32,073 nt of DNA from Candidatus Heimdallarchaeota archaeon (GTDB lineage Archaea > Asgardarchaeota > Heimdallarchaeia > JABLTI01), in contig DXJV01000036.1 of the NCBI GenBank assembly GCA_019056785.1, positions 1 to 32,073 of the forward strand, read 5' to 3'. Under the pieces are notes generated by a model. That model searched no databases, was not told where the DNA came from, and saw only the letters and a list, made by a program, of their open reading frames with translations. Position numbers and translations under genes: made by a program. Shown piece after piece: positions 1 to 8,500 of this stretch. Each line of letters opens with the position of its first letter. Position 1 is the first letter of the stretch.

Positions 1-3
1 AAG

Positions 4-150
4 ATGAAGAAAATTTCCCCGAAAATCGTTGCCCTTGCAATGTTAATACTGTCCTTTGTTGGTGCCAGCGCCTTTGGCATCAAAACCGCAGTCGCAGGCC
101 GAAACTCCGGCGGCTTCGATAACGAATATGGTGACGGCTCAGGGGGATAA
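4..150 (+). CDS. Small secreted peptide precursor (48 aa; Sec-type signal peptide + short Gly/acidic mature peptide)
   Basis: Manual translation: MKKISPKIVALAMLILSFVGASAFGIKTAVAGRNSGGFDNEYGDGSGG*. Basic n-region, hydrophobic h-region, A-x-A sites (ASA 21-23, AVA 29-31); followed by a hairpin and T-run. Too short for the ORF track. The frame is also open at bases 1-3, so an upstream extension cannot be excluded. Confidence 0.7.
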   Translation: MKKISPKIVALAMLILSFVGASAFGIKTAVAGRNSGGFDNEYGDGSGG

Positions 151-182
151 ACCCCCAGCCAACTCACATTCTCTTTTTTTTT
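136..182 (+). terminator. Hairpin plus oligo-T terminator after the small peptide gene
   Basis: GGCT(CA)GGGGG-ATAAA-CCCCC-AGCC at 136-160, then ttctctttttttttt ending near 182. Confidence 0.55.
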
Positions 183-1033
183 CAATTTATTATCTTAAAA
201 AACTCTATGAAATCCAGCCAATCATTAGATTCTGTTACGTTAAAAGCCCAACCTTGATTTAGAAGGATTTTAGTGATATTTTGTTTGAACTCTTGAATGG
301 TTACTGGTTGAACTTTTGAAGGAGAATCTTCTTTTTCTGAAAGTCGAAGTAGTGAGATTAGAGTGTAGAATTTCTTTTGTAGATGGATGAGTTTTTCTTT
401 GCTTTCGGTTTCAAAAATAACAAGGATTGCCATTGCATGCCCATCTTTTTGACCGTTCCCATTTTTTCTGTTATAGACATCAATAATTATTCGACCAGAA
501 TGGAAAAGAGAGAAAAAATCTTTTAAAAGAGCTGAAAAATCTTTTCGCTCATTATTTAACCTAAAATTTAATTTAATTATTGTTAAAAAAGTTGTTTTGG
601 CTTTTCCTTGAATTTGGAAAAATCCTGGTGAGAGAAAGGAGATTGTTTGAGGGGGATTTGCTTTAAGTTTATCGAGAATTTGACGGGAGTCTTGGATGAT
701 AAGCTCTATACCCAAACCTTTGAAAAATGTCTGGAGAGAGGACAGTGCTTGTTTTGCTTTTATTACAAGAGTATGGGGGGTTGTTCCTTGTAAAAATAAA
801 TTTAACTGTAGAGAAGATTGGTTGTTTTTTTTGTGAGAGAAAATTAAAGAGTAGCGAACAAAATGATGTTCAAGCTGGTTTTGGATTTGTTGATTTGTTA
901 TTAAAGGAGAAAAGCTTTTCTGGATCTTTGTTTGTGGATATTTCTTTAGGGAAACAGCAATAACAAAAACATACGCACCTTGTTTTTCAAATAATAGACC
1001 AGTTCTAAATGCGCGAATGCTATTTAAAGGCAA
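182..1033 (-). CDS. Hypothetical protein (283 aa), last gene of the nadK-nob1 operon; possible internal duplication
   Basis: Long ORF; its TTG start directly follows the nob1 TAA. No confident family match. Confidence 0.7.
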   Translation of the reverse strand: MPLNSIRAFRTGLLFEKQGAYVFVIAVSLKKYPQTKIQKSFSPLITNQQIQNQLEHHFVRYSLIFSHKKNNQSSLQLNLFLQGTTPHTLVIKAKQALSSLQTFFKGLGIELIIQDSRQILDKLKANPPQTISFLSPGFFQIQGKAKTTFLTIIKLNFRLNNERKDFSALLKDFFSLFHSGRIIIDVYNRKNGNGQKDGHAMAILVIFETESKEKLIHLQKKFYTLISLLRLSEKEDSPSKVQPVTIQEFKQNITKILLNQGWAFNVTESNDWLDFIEFFKIIN

Positions 1034-1588
1034 TTAGCCATTTCTCCTTATTTTCTGTCTTTGAAATGTACGTGTCATTTCAGTACCACATTCCGGGCAA
1101 TTTTTTAATTTTACTTTTGACTCAAAACCGCAGCCGGAGCAGACCCATTTATAAATTCGTTTGTGAGAGATGCCTTTCCAATGAACTCCACGATAGGGGA
1201 TTCCCAGATGTTTTGCCAAATTTTGAATGTCATAATCATCAGTGATAATTACAACTTTTTTTACTTGGTGCAGTAGCTGAAGAGCGAGACTTAAGACTGC
1301 AATATCACAGTCAGACAATTCTTGAACATCACCTGTCTCTTTTGCAGCGCCTTTTACTTTTGCCAAGAATTTTTCTTCCGGCATAGATATTTTCAATTCA
1401 TCATATAATAAGGCCTCTTCAACAAAAGCTTCTCCCAGAAACATTCCTCGGACTTCCCCCAGTACACACTCAGGGACAAATTTTAAACCCTCCACATTAA
1501 AGGTATGTATACCATTGTAGACAGCAGAAGCATCAAGCACAAACACCTTGTCAGTCTTTTGCTGATGGGCTTTTTCTCGGGAAGGCAA
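1034..1588 (-). CDS. nob1: Nob1-family endonuclease (PIN domain + C-terminal zinc ribbon), SSU rRNA maturation
   Basis: VLDASA, ETGD..LSDCD, ITDDYDIQNLA and CSGC...CPECG motifs. Start placed at TTG 1588, 7 nt after a GGTGA SD-like motif; the track start (1675) overlaps nadK. Confidence 0.9.
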   Translation of the reverse strand: MPSREKAHQQKTDKVFVLDASAVYNGIHTFNVEGLKFVPECVLGEVRGMFLGEAFVEEALLYDELKISMPEEKFLAKVKGAAKETGDVQELSDCDIAVLSLALQLLHQVKKVVIITDDYDIQNLAKHLGIPYRGVHWKGISHKRIYKWVCSGCGFESKVKLKNCPECGTEMTRTFQRQKIRRNG

Positions 1589-1604
1589 AGGTACGTCACC
1601 ACAG

Positions 1605-2444
1605 CTAAAAAGTGAGTTTGTCTTGGAGACGATTAAAGAAACCATACTCGGGGAATCGTACAAAAACAGTCTCAATTTCAGCTCTTGTTAATTCCAATCG
1701 AGTGTCACTTTCAAATTTTGCTTCTAAAATACCATCACTTAAAATGATTATCTCATCAGTAAATGAACTGGGAACAGTAATTGTTATTTTGAAATCTCCG
1801 GGGACCACAAAGGGTCGAATTCTTCTGGAGACACTATTAACAGGCACTATTTGCATGGCTTTCAGACTGTATTCAATAATTGCTCCACCTGCAGAGAGAG
1901 CATAAGCTGTTGAACCTACGGGGGTGGAAATGAGGATACCATCGAGAAGATGTTTTCCGAGATTAAAATTATTCACAAAAAGATTTAATTCACAAATATG
2001 TGCACTTAATCTGTTGGTAATATAAAATTCATTTAGTGCAGTAGTTAATGGTCTACCATTTACCGTTGCTTGTATCCGCATACAATGTTCTTTGATGAAC
2101 GCACCGGACATAATTTTGTCAATAGAGGGCAAAGCATTTTCGAGAGTACTTGTAGTGAGAAAACCCAAACGACCAGCATTAATGCCAAATAAGGGAACAT
2201 CTTGGGAATAACGTGCAGTCCATAAAATAGTGCCATCGCCACCCAAGGCGATAATTAAATCAAAATCTTTTAACTGCTCCATTTTAATGGTTTTTGTATG
2301 CGTTAATTTTTTCCCAAAAGATTCGTTCAAATAAACATCTAAATGATGTTTTTCAATTAGATATTTAACAATACGGTCACTTTCTTTGAAAAAGATTGTT
2401 TTTGGCAACCGAGAAACAACAGCTACCTTATTAATTTCAGACAT
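1605..2444 (-). CDS. nadK: NAD(+) kinase
   Basis: LGGDGT, GINAGRLGFL, ALNE and DGILISTPVGSTAYALSAGG signature motifs. Confidence 0.95.
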   Translation of the reverse strand: MSEINKVAVVSRLPKTIFFKESDRIVKYLIEKHHLDVYLNESFGKKLTHTKTIKMEQLKDFDLIIALGGDGTILWTARYSQDVPLFGINAGRLGFLTTSTLENALPSIDKIMSGAFIKEHCMRIQATVNGRPLTTALNEFYITNRLSAHICELNLFVNNFNLGKHLLDGILISTPVGSTAYALSAGGAIIEYSLKAMQIVPVNSVSRRIRPFVVPGDFKITITVPSSFTDEIIILSDGILEAKFESDTRLELTRAEIETVFVRFPEYGFFNRLQDKLTF

Positions 2445-2545
2445 TTAATGATTCAACTCGCATTCTTAATATTAAGAAAGAAAAAGGATACTAATAAGCT
2501 TTTGTTACTGAAGATGAAAAAATAAATGCTATTAATGGAAATACT

Positions 2546-2555
2546 TTTTTAAATA
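2546..2555 (+). promoter_or_regulatory. Archaeal TATA box for tRNA-Pro
   Basis: TTTAAATA at 2548-2555, ending 21 nt upstream of the mature tRNA 5' end. Confidence 0.55.
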
Positions 2556-2576
2556 AAAGCGCGAACAAACAGTCAA

Positions 2577-2683
2577 GGGCAGGTAGTCTAGTTTGGTATG
2601 ATTCCTGGTTCGGGATTAAAAAAAGGAAAGCTTTTTAACGGAAAACCAGGCGGTCGAGAGTTCAAATCTCTCCCTGCCCACCA
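2577..2683 (+). tRNA. tRNA-Pro(CGG) with canonical 37/38 BHB intron (2615..2644) and encoded CCA
   Basis: Acceptor stem GGGCAGG/CCTGCCC + ACCA; anticodon arm CCTGG-TT-CGG-G|intron|A-CCAGG; T arm GAGAG-TTCAAAT-CTCTC. BHB: TTCG/CGGA helix flanked by GGA and AAA bulges; intron stem TTAAAAA/TTTTTAA. Confidence 0.95.
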
Positions 2684-2696
2684 TTAGAAGACTTTT

Positions 2697-3509
2697 TTAA
2701 CTGAGAAGCTTTTCAATTTTCGTGATCGTTTGCTTTATCAATGGAAGAAGTGGATCATTGTAAGCTTGTAAGATAACAACTGCTTTCTTTAAATAATTTA
2801 GAGAGTTTTGGAGATCTCCTTCATCGTATTTTTGAAGTCCGAGGTTAAGGAGAAGGGTGCCAAAATCCTTATCGTCTTCCTGTGTTAGTGGAATGGCATA
2901 TTTTTTACTGAAACGCCGAGCAACAATAAAACTTTTCATGGCAGAACTAAAATCACCTTTTTTGCTGGCGATTTTAGAATGATTTAACGCAATGCTTACT
3001 ACTAAACGAGGGTCTTTGCTTTTTTGGGCAAGAGAAAGAGCCTCTTCTAATAAGGGAAGGGCTTTGTCCGCGGAGCCATTTTTTTTGTAAGTAATAACAG
3101 CTAAATTTTTCAAAGCCCGAGCTTGCCCCTTCTTATCAGGAGTGTCATTTCTAATTTTAAGCGCCCGCAATTGATAGTCTTCAGCGTGTTTTAACTCGTC
3201 TTGAAGTAAAAAACTCAAAGCAATCTGGTCATAACAATCTGCCATGCCGATTTTGTTGCCATATGTTTTGAAAGAGAAATAAGCTTTTTTGTAAAAGTTC
3301 CGTGATTCAATATAATTGCCTTTATTAAAGAAAAGCTCTCCAAGAAGCCGGCAAATATCAGCATAGATGGCGTACTCATTCGATTGTTTAAAAAATTGTT
3401 GAGCAAAAAGCAACGGTTTAAGGGCACTATCAAAATCACCTACATCTATAAAGCGTTTTCCCTTTTGGTATTGTAACAAAGCATCTTCTTTTGCTTTTTT
3501 CTTGCTCAT
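2697..3509 (-). CDS. Tetratricopeptide-repeat protein (270 aa, all-helical, no effector domain)
   Basis: Repeated TPR patterns: LGELFFNKGNYIESRNFYKKA, ALKNLAVITY..ALPLLEEAL, LLNLGLQKYDEGDLQNSLNYLKKA. Confidence 0.85.
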   Translation of the reverse strand: MSKKKAKEDALLQYQKGKRFIDVGDFDSALKPLLFAQQFFKQSNEYAIYADICRLLGELFFNKGNYIESRNFYKKAYFSFKTYGNKIGMADCYDQIALSFLLQDELKHAEDYQLRALKIRNDTPDKKGQARALKNLAVITYKKNGSADKALPLLEEALSLAQKSKDPRLVVSIALNHSKIASKKGDFSSAMKSFIVARRFSKKYAIPLTQEDDKDFGTLLLNLGLQKYDEGDLQNSLNYLKKAVVILQAYNDPLLPLIKQTITKIEKLLS

Positions 3510-3627
3510 GGTGCCTCAAGTAAGTTAAGTGAAACTTATTTCTTAAATAATTGCAATTATTACGAAAAATCATCGACTATTAATAGATTTATAAAATGGA
3601 GATGGGATGTTAAATAGAGGAAAGCAG

Positions 3628-4737
3628 ATGGCAATACCAACAAAACTCCTAACCCGTCCCCCCTTACATCAAGACTATTTTCTTGATGATAAAAATCGCA
3701 TTGGGCATGTTTTAGGATGGCTCCAGCCAAAGGAAAAGCTAATTTGTATTATAAAATATGTTCCGGGCGAAGGATTTTGGATTGCACGCGAATCGAGCGT
3801 ACAATACCAGCGCGTACTAAAAAGTTATAGCTTGGATGGGCAGCAAGACAACTTGAAATTTATTGCTAATCTCGAAAAAAAACTTGTCTACCATAGCAAA
3901 GTTTTTGGGGCAGATTTTTTAGCAGTACCAATTTCAAGAATTAAAAGATATTTTTATCCGGAAAAGCGTTTACAGGAAATTCTTAACAAAACGAAATTGA
4001 AAAATGAACTCGAGATAAAAGTTAAAGCTTTGGCAAAATTACTGAAAGAGCACCTGAACATTCCGCTGGAAAATATAGGCATAACAGGCTCTATTCTTTG
4101 GAAAGGACAAACAACAAAGTCTGATATTGATATGATTATTTATGGTAATAGTTTTGCAAAAAAATTCAATGACGATTTCCCAGCAATTTACGAAATTTCA
4201 CCAGAAATAAAACCAATGCCAACCTCCAAGGCTTTTCGCTATGCAAGAAGCATGGCACGAAAATCTGGCCTGCCAATTAACCTGACAAAGAAATACATTG
4301 CCAGAAAAAGGTGGCTCTCAGTATTTGGGAAAACAAATCTATCCTTTGTTTTCAGCCCTACAAAAGAAGAGCTCCCAACGAATTATGGTGCCGAATTATT
4401 TCACGCTCTCACGCCAATTGAACTTGAATGTACAATTGCTGATGCGACTTTTGGTTATGGTTATCCTTCTCTCTATCAAATTACCAATTGTACCATATTA
4501 AAAGGGAAAGATTACGACCTTCCCATCACGCGAATTTTTTCGTTCGAAGGTGCTTTAACGGGCTTTTTTGAAACGAGCGACCGAGTAGTGGTTCGAGGAT
4601 TGCTTGAAAAAGTTCTTCCACAGAAAGAGGGAAAAGAATCATTTGCTCAGATAATGCTGGGATCAAAAGAATGTGCTGGAGATGAATTTATTATTTTTGC
4701 AGATGATTATGAAGAGATCGTTGCTAAAAGAAAATAG
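3628..4737 (+). CDS. Pol-beta superfamily nucleotidyltransferase, COG1665-like
   Basis: GITGS-x9-SDIDMIIYG catalytic motif; C-terminal OB-like part (VVVRGLLEKV). Start at 3607 or 3628. Confidence 0.8.
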   Translation: MAIPTKLLTRPPLHQDYFLDDKNRIGHVLGWLQPKEKLICIIKYVPGEGFWIARESSVQYQRVLKSYSLDGQQDNLKFIANLEKKLVYHSKVFGADFLAVPISRIKRYFYPEKRLQEILNKTKLKNELEIKVKALAKLLKEHLNIPLENIGITGSILWKGQTTKSDIDMIIYGNSFAKKFNDDFPAIYEISPEIKPMPTSKAFRYARSMARKSGLPINLTKKYIARKRWLSVFGKTNLSFVFSPTKEELPTNYGAELFHALTPIELECTIADATFGYGYPSLYQITNCTILKGKDYDLPITRIFSFEGALTGFFETSDRVVVRGLLEKVLPQKEGKESFAQIMLGSKECAGDEFIIFADDYEEIVAKRK

Positions 4738-4812
4738 AATTGATGTCATAAAAGAAAACTTCTTATGTTTTAAAGAGATTTTTATTTCGGAATTGTTTGG
4801 AGATAAAAACAA

Positions 4813-5175
4813 ATGTCTGAAAAATTAGTGAAAGCGGCAACAGAATTCCGAAACAATATCCCTGAGCTAGAAGGATTGTTAATTGGAAAAGCTGATGGAA
4901 CCGAACTTTGGTCGGATAGTTTGCGAGATTTAAATCACGAATTCATTCTCTCGAGTGCTTCGGTCGTAGCACGGGCAACAAAAAAACTGAGCGAAGCAAT
5001 TGAAAAAAAGGAAATTGAAAGTATAGACATTGAAATGAAGGGTGGTTACGCATCCATAATCATCTCAAAGAAAGGACTCGTAGTTGGCTTCTATGGAGAA
5101 GATGCACGAGCACAACATGCAATTATTAAGAAAAATCTTCGGACATTTGCGAAAAGCATCGAGAAGTTTTTCTAA
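4813..5175 (+). CDS. Roadblock/LC7 (LAMTOR2/MglB-like) domain protein
   Basis: 120 aa; helix, LEGLLIGKADG strand-turn, long helix, IDIEMKGGYASII hairpin and C-terminal helix match the Roadblock pattern. Confidence 0.8.
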   Translation: MSEKLVKAATEFRNNIPELEGLLIGKADGTELWSDSLRDLNHEFILSSASVVARATKKLSEAIEKKEIESIDIEMKGGYASIIISKKGLVVGFYGEDARAQHAIIKKNLRTFAKSIEKFF

Positions 5176-5232
5176 GCTACCTTCTCTTTTTCGCAAGAGA
5201 GAAATGAAATAAAAAAAACAATAAAGAGAGAA
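5176..5232. terminator. Bidirectional termination region
   Basis: T-rich ttctcttttt on + right after the Roadblock stop, then an A-rich tract (U-rich on -) at about 5202-5232. Confidence 0.45.
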
Positions 5233-5241
5233 TCGTCCCAA

Positions 5242-5393
5242 GGACAGCATCCCTTCTTAAGGGCTTGTTCATTCCTTCCTTCCGCTTTTAACAAGGCCCA
5301 TATGATACTCAGACCCCTTAAACAGAGAAAATTTTCGTAGAAAAAAATATGCGCATATTACAACACCTTTTTGATAAGAAGGGAGACTAGTCC
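5242..5393 (-). ncRNA. Candidate structured non-coding RNA (~150 nt), family unknown
   Basis: Terminal pairing of 5242-5259 with 5375-5393 (perfect 10-bp TCCCTTCTTA/TAAGAAGGGA plus GGAC/GTCC); internal hairpin 5261-5299; 14-nt palindrome 5346-5359; TTTAAA 22 nt upstream on -; U-tract downstream. Confidence 0.5.
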
Positions 5394-5506
5394 ATACTAT
5401 TGAATTAACATACCATTTAAATAACATTATTAAAGAGAAAATAAATTGGAATAATGTCGGATATTGAACCTTTGGTCTCGGATGGACAGTTTGCAGGTGA
5501 ACAGAA

Positions 5507-8500
5507 CTGGTACATATTACAAAATTGATTCTTGAAAATTTCAAGAGTTATGGAAAACGCAAGGTCACCTTAAATTTAACAAAAGGATTAACAGTTATTA
5601 GTGGGCCAAATGGTTGTGGAAAATCCAATATTTCTGACGCAATACAATTCGTAATTGGGCAATTACGAGGGAAAGTTATCCGGAGTGAAAAACTCTCGGG
5701 GGTGATCTTTTCCGGCACTAAAGAAGGACAAAAAACGGCCCAACACGCAAAAGTAACGCTTGTTTTAGATAATTCTAATGAACCGAAAGAAATCCCAGTT
5801 GCAACTGATGAAGTCCACATTAGCCGGAAGGTCTATCTGGATGGCCGGAGCGAATATTACTTAAACGGCTCACGGATTACCAGAAATGAAATCATCGATA
5901 CGATGTCTATTTGTGGAATATCAATCGATGGTTTTAATGTTATTCGCCAAGGTGAAATTGCGAATTTCGCCAGTATGTCCCCCATTCAAGTTAGAGGTCT
6001 ATTTGAAGAAATTGCAGGTATTGCTGCTTATGATGAGAAGAAAGAGCGGGCCCAAAAAAATCTAGAAGACGCAAGGACCAAGTTGAAAATCGCCTCTGTT
6101 CGCCTTGATGAGTCAATGAAAAACCTCGAACGATTAGCAAAAGAAAAAGAGGATGCATTAAGATATCAAGAACTTAAACAGCGAATTAAAAACACAGAAG
6201 CAAAATTAATTCATGCAAGAATTCGCCATTTCAAAAATAGAATTAATGAGATAGATGAAGAGATAAAGACAACCAACCAAATGCAAGTTGAAACGGGAAA
6301 CAACATTAAGGAAATGGAAAAAACAATTGAACTGTATGATGAAAAACTTACTGAAGCAAAAAGAAAAGTGATGGATGCAACGACACAATCATTCAATTCT
6401 CTTAGTGCTGAAATCGAAGAATTAACTATCAAGCTTTCCGAAGAAACAGCTAAGAAAGCGCAGATTGTTGCAGACTTAGGACAATTAAAGGAAAAGAAAA
6501 AAGAATTGCAACAGCAACGAGACGAAATTTTGAGTGAGAATCAAGAGCTGGAACAATTTACAAGCGAAACTAAAGAACAACTTACAGGTGTAGATGATAC
6601 TTTAAAGAAAATACAAGAAGAATTAGACATTAAACGGAAAATGTTAGAATCATCTCGTAGCAACGAGATAATGGATCAACTTGAGGAAATTCGGGCGAAT
6701 GTTACAGAATTAAACAAACGAAAAGCAGAATATGAGTCCCAATTAGCAATTTATAATAATAATCTTAATATTAACAACGCAAAGGTGGATGAACGGGAGA
6801 AAAGAGTTGTTGAAGTTGCAGGCATTTTAGCTACGTTCTTAAGCCGGAAAGCAAAATATCTCGAGGAACTAGGAAAAGCGGAAAAGGAGATAAAAGAATT
6901 ACAAATAAAAGTGGATGACACCAAAAATGAACTTGAAACCGTTGAAAAAGAATTAATCGAAAACGAAACGAACTTGCGAGAAACAGCACTCACTATTAAG
7001 CGGATCCAAACTGAAATTGAAACAACTAAAAAAATAATCGAAGAAGTGACCAGAAAAGATCGGGGGATAAAACTCGTTTTAGAAGCAAGAGAGAAAGGGA
7101 CAATTAAAGGGATTTATGGCACAGTTGGAGAATTGTGTAAGACACACCCAAAGTATTCTATTGCATTAAGTGTCACAGCCGGAAATAGAACAAATTATAT
7201 TGTTGTCGAATCAGATGAAGTTGCGGCACAATGTATGCTTCTTGTTAAAAAAGCGAAAGCAGGGCGCGTGACCTTTTTACCATTAAATAAACTGAAACCA
7301 CTGGTTATAAATGTAGAACTTAAAGATAGAGGCATCATTGGGAGAGCAATTGATTTAGTGGAGTTTAATAAGAAATACCAAAAAGCCATTGAATTTGTTT
7401 TTGGGCAGACAGTGATTGTCAAGAATCTCGAAGCCGCAAGAAGAGTGGGGTTCACCTACCGGGCAGTCACCCTAGAAGGGGATGTAGTTAATCCTTCAGG
7501 AATGATGACAGGAGGGTATTATAGCGGGCGAGACAAAACAAAAATTTCCTTAATTGTTGAGGAAGAAGAACGATTACCTACACTCGAGCAAACTTTTCAA
7601 GAACTCCAAGCAGAACGGGAAAGATTACTCGAGTATCGAACTGAAATTCTAAAAGAATTGAATGAAGAATTTATTCCCCACCTAAATGAATTAAAACGGG
7701 CATTTGAATTGCGAGGGCGGGAGTTAAAATTTACAGAAGAAGAAATTGCTATCCGAAGCAAAGAAAATTTGAAGATCCAGGAAGAACTGGAAGAGTTAAC
7801 AAAAGAACATGAAGAACTTGAGGATAAAATACAAGACTTAATGCAAGGGCGAAAGAATACTACGAGAACTTTAGAAACACTGCAAGAAGCTGAAATGCGA
7901 CTAAAAGGCGAATTGGCATCAACAGGGATTCATGATATACTCGAAGAGATAAAAATCAAGGAATCCAAACAAAAAGAAATCGCAGAAACTTTAAACAAAC
8001 TTCGAATGGAACAATTTAAAATCAGCAACAATCTCGAGAAAAACATCGAGCAAGTGAAGAAATTACAGGAAGAGATAGAAAAACTCGAGAAACAAATGCC
8101 CCAAAAAAAGGAGGAGGTCTCACGCCGGCAAGCGATAATTGACAACCTTCAAGCAGAGTTAGAAACAAAAAAAGCAGCGAGAGATGAGCTCTTTAAAGTC
8201 ATAAAAGAAAGCCAAGATGAACAAGAAAGGTTAGAACGGGAACAAAAAGAACTGCGAAAACAACTCGAGAAAGAACGGGAGAACCAAACGCAAATATTGC
8301 TTAAAATCGATAGACTCATTAATGAACGAAGCAGCCTTGAAGGACAAATTAGCGAACTAGAAAACTTGGCTGTAGAAAGAGATCTTCCCTACATTTTTGC
8401 AGAGGATGAAATAATTGACTTAGAAATACTAAAAGAAATTATGAATGGCTTAAAAGCAGAGTTTGAAGCCCTCCCTGAAATAAACATGAAGGCTGTAAGT

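Noticed and set aside
56-262. 68-aa ORF from the track
   Set aside because: Out of frame with the better 4..150 peptide gene, runs through the terminator and overlaps the convergent gene.
2660-3509. Integrated element at the tRNA-Pro 3' end
   Set aside because: No integrase and no repeat of the tRNA 3' end was found in the window.
3628-4737. MNT-HEPN toxin-antitoxin or CBASS cyclase
   Set aside because: No HEPN or effector neighbour; length and motifs fit the housekeeping-like COG1665 family.
5242-5393. MITE, SRP RNA, 5S rRNA or C/D guide interpretation of the structured region
   Set aside because: No target-site duplication or second copy in the window; no SRP helix-8, 5S or paired C/D box consensus recognised.
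5269-5544. 91-aa minus-strand ORF over the smc upstream region
   Set aside because: Overlaps the smc start, has no recognisable motif, and spans the putative promoter; RNA structure explains the region better.
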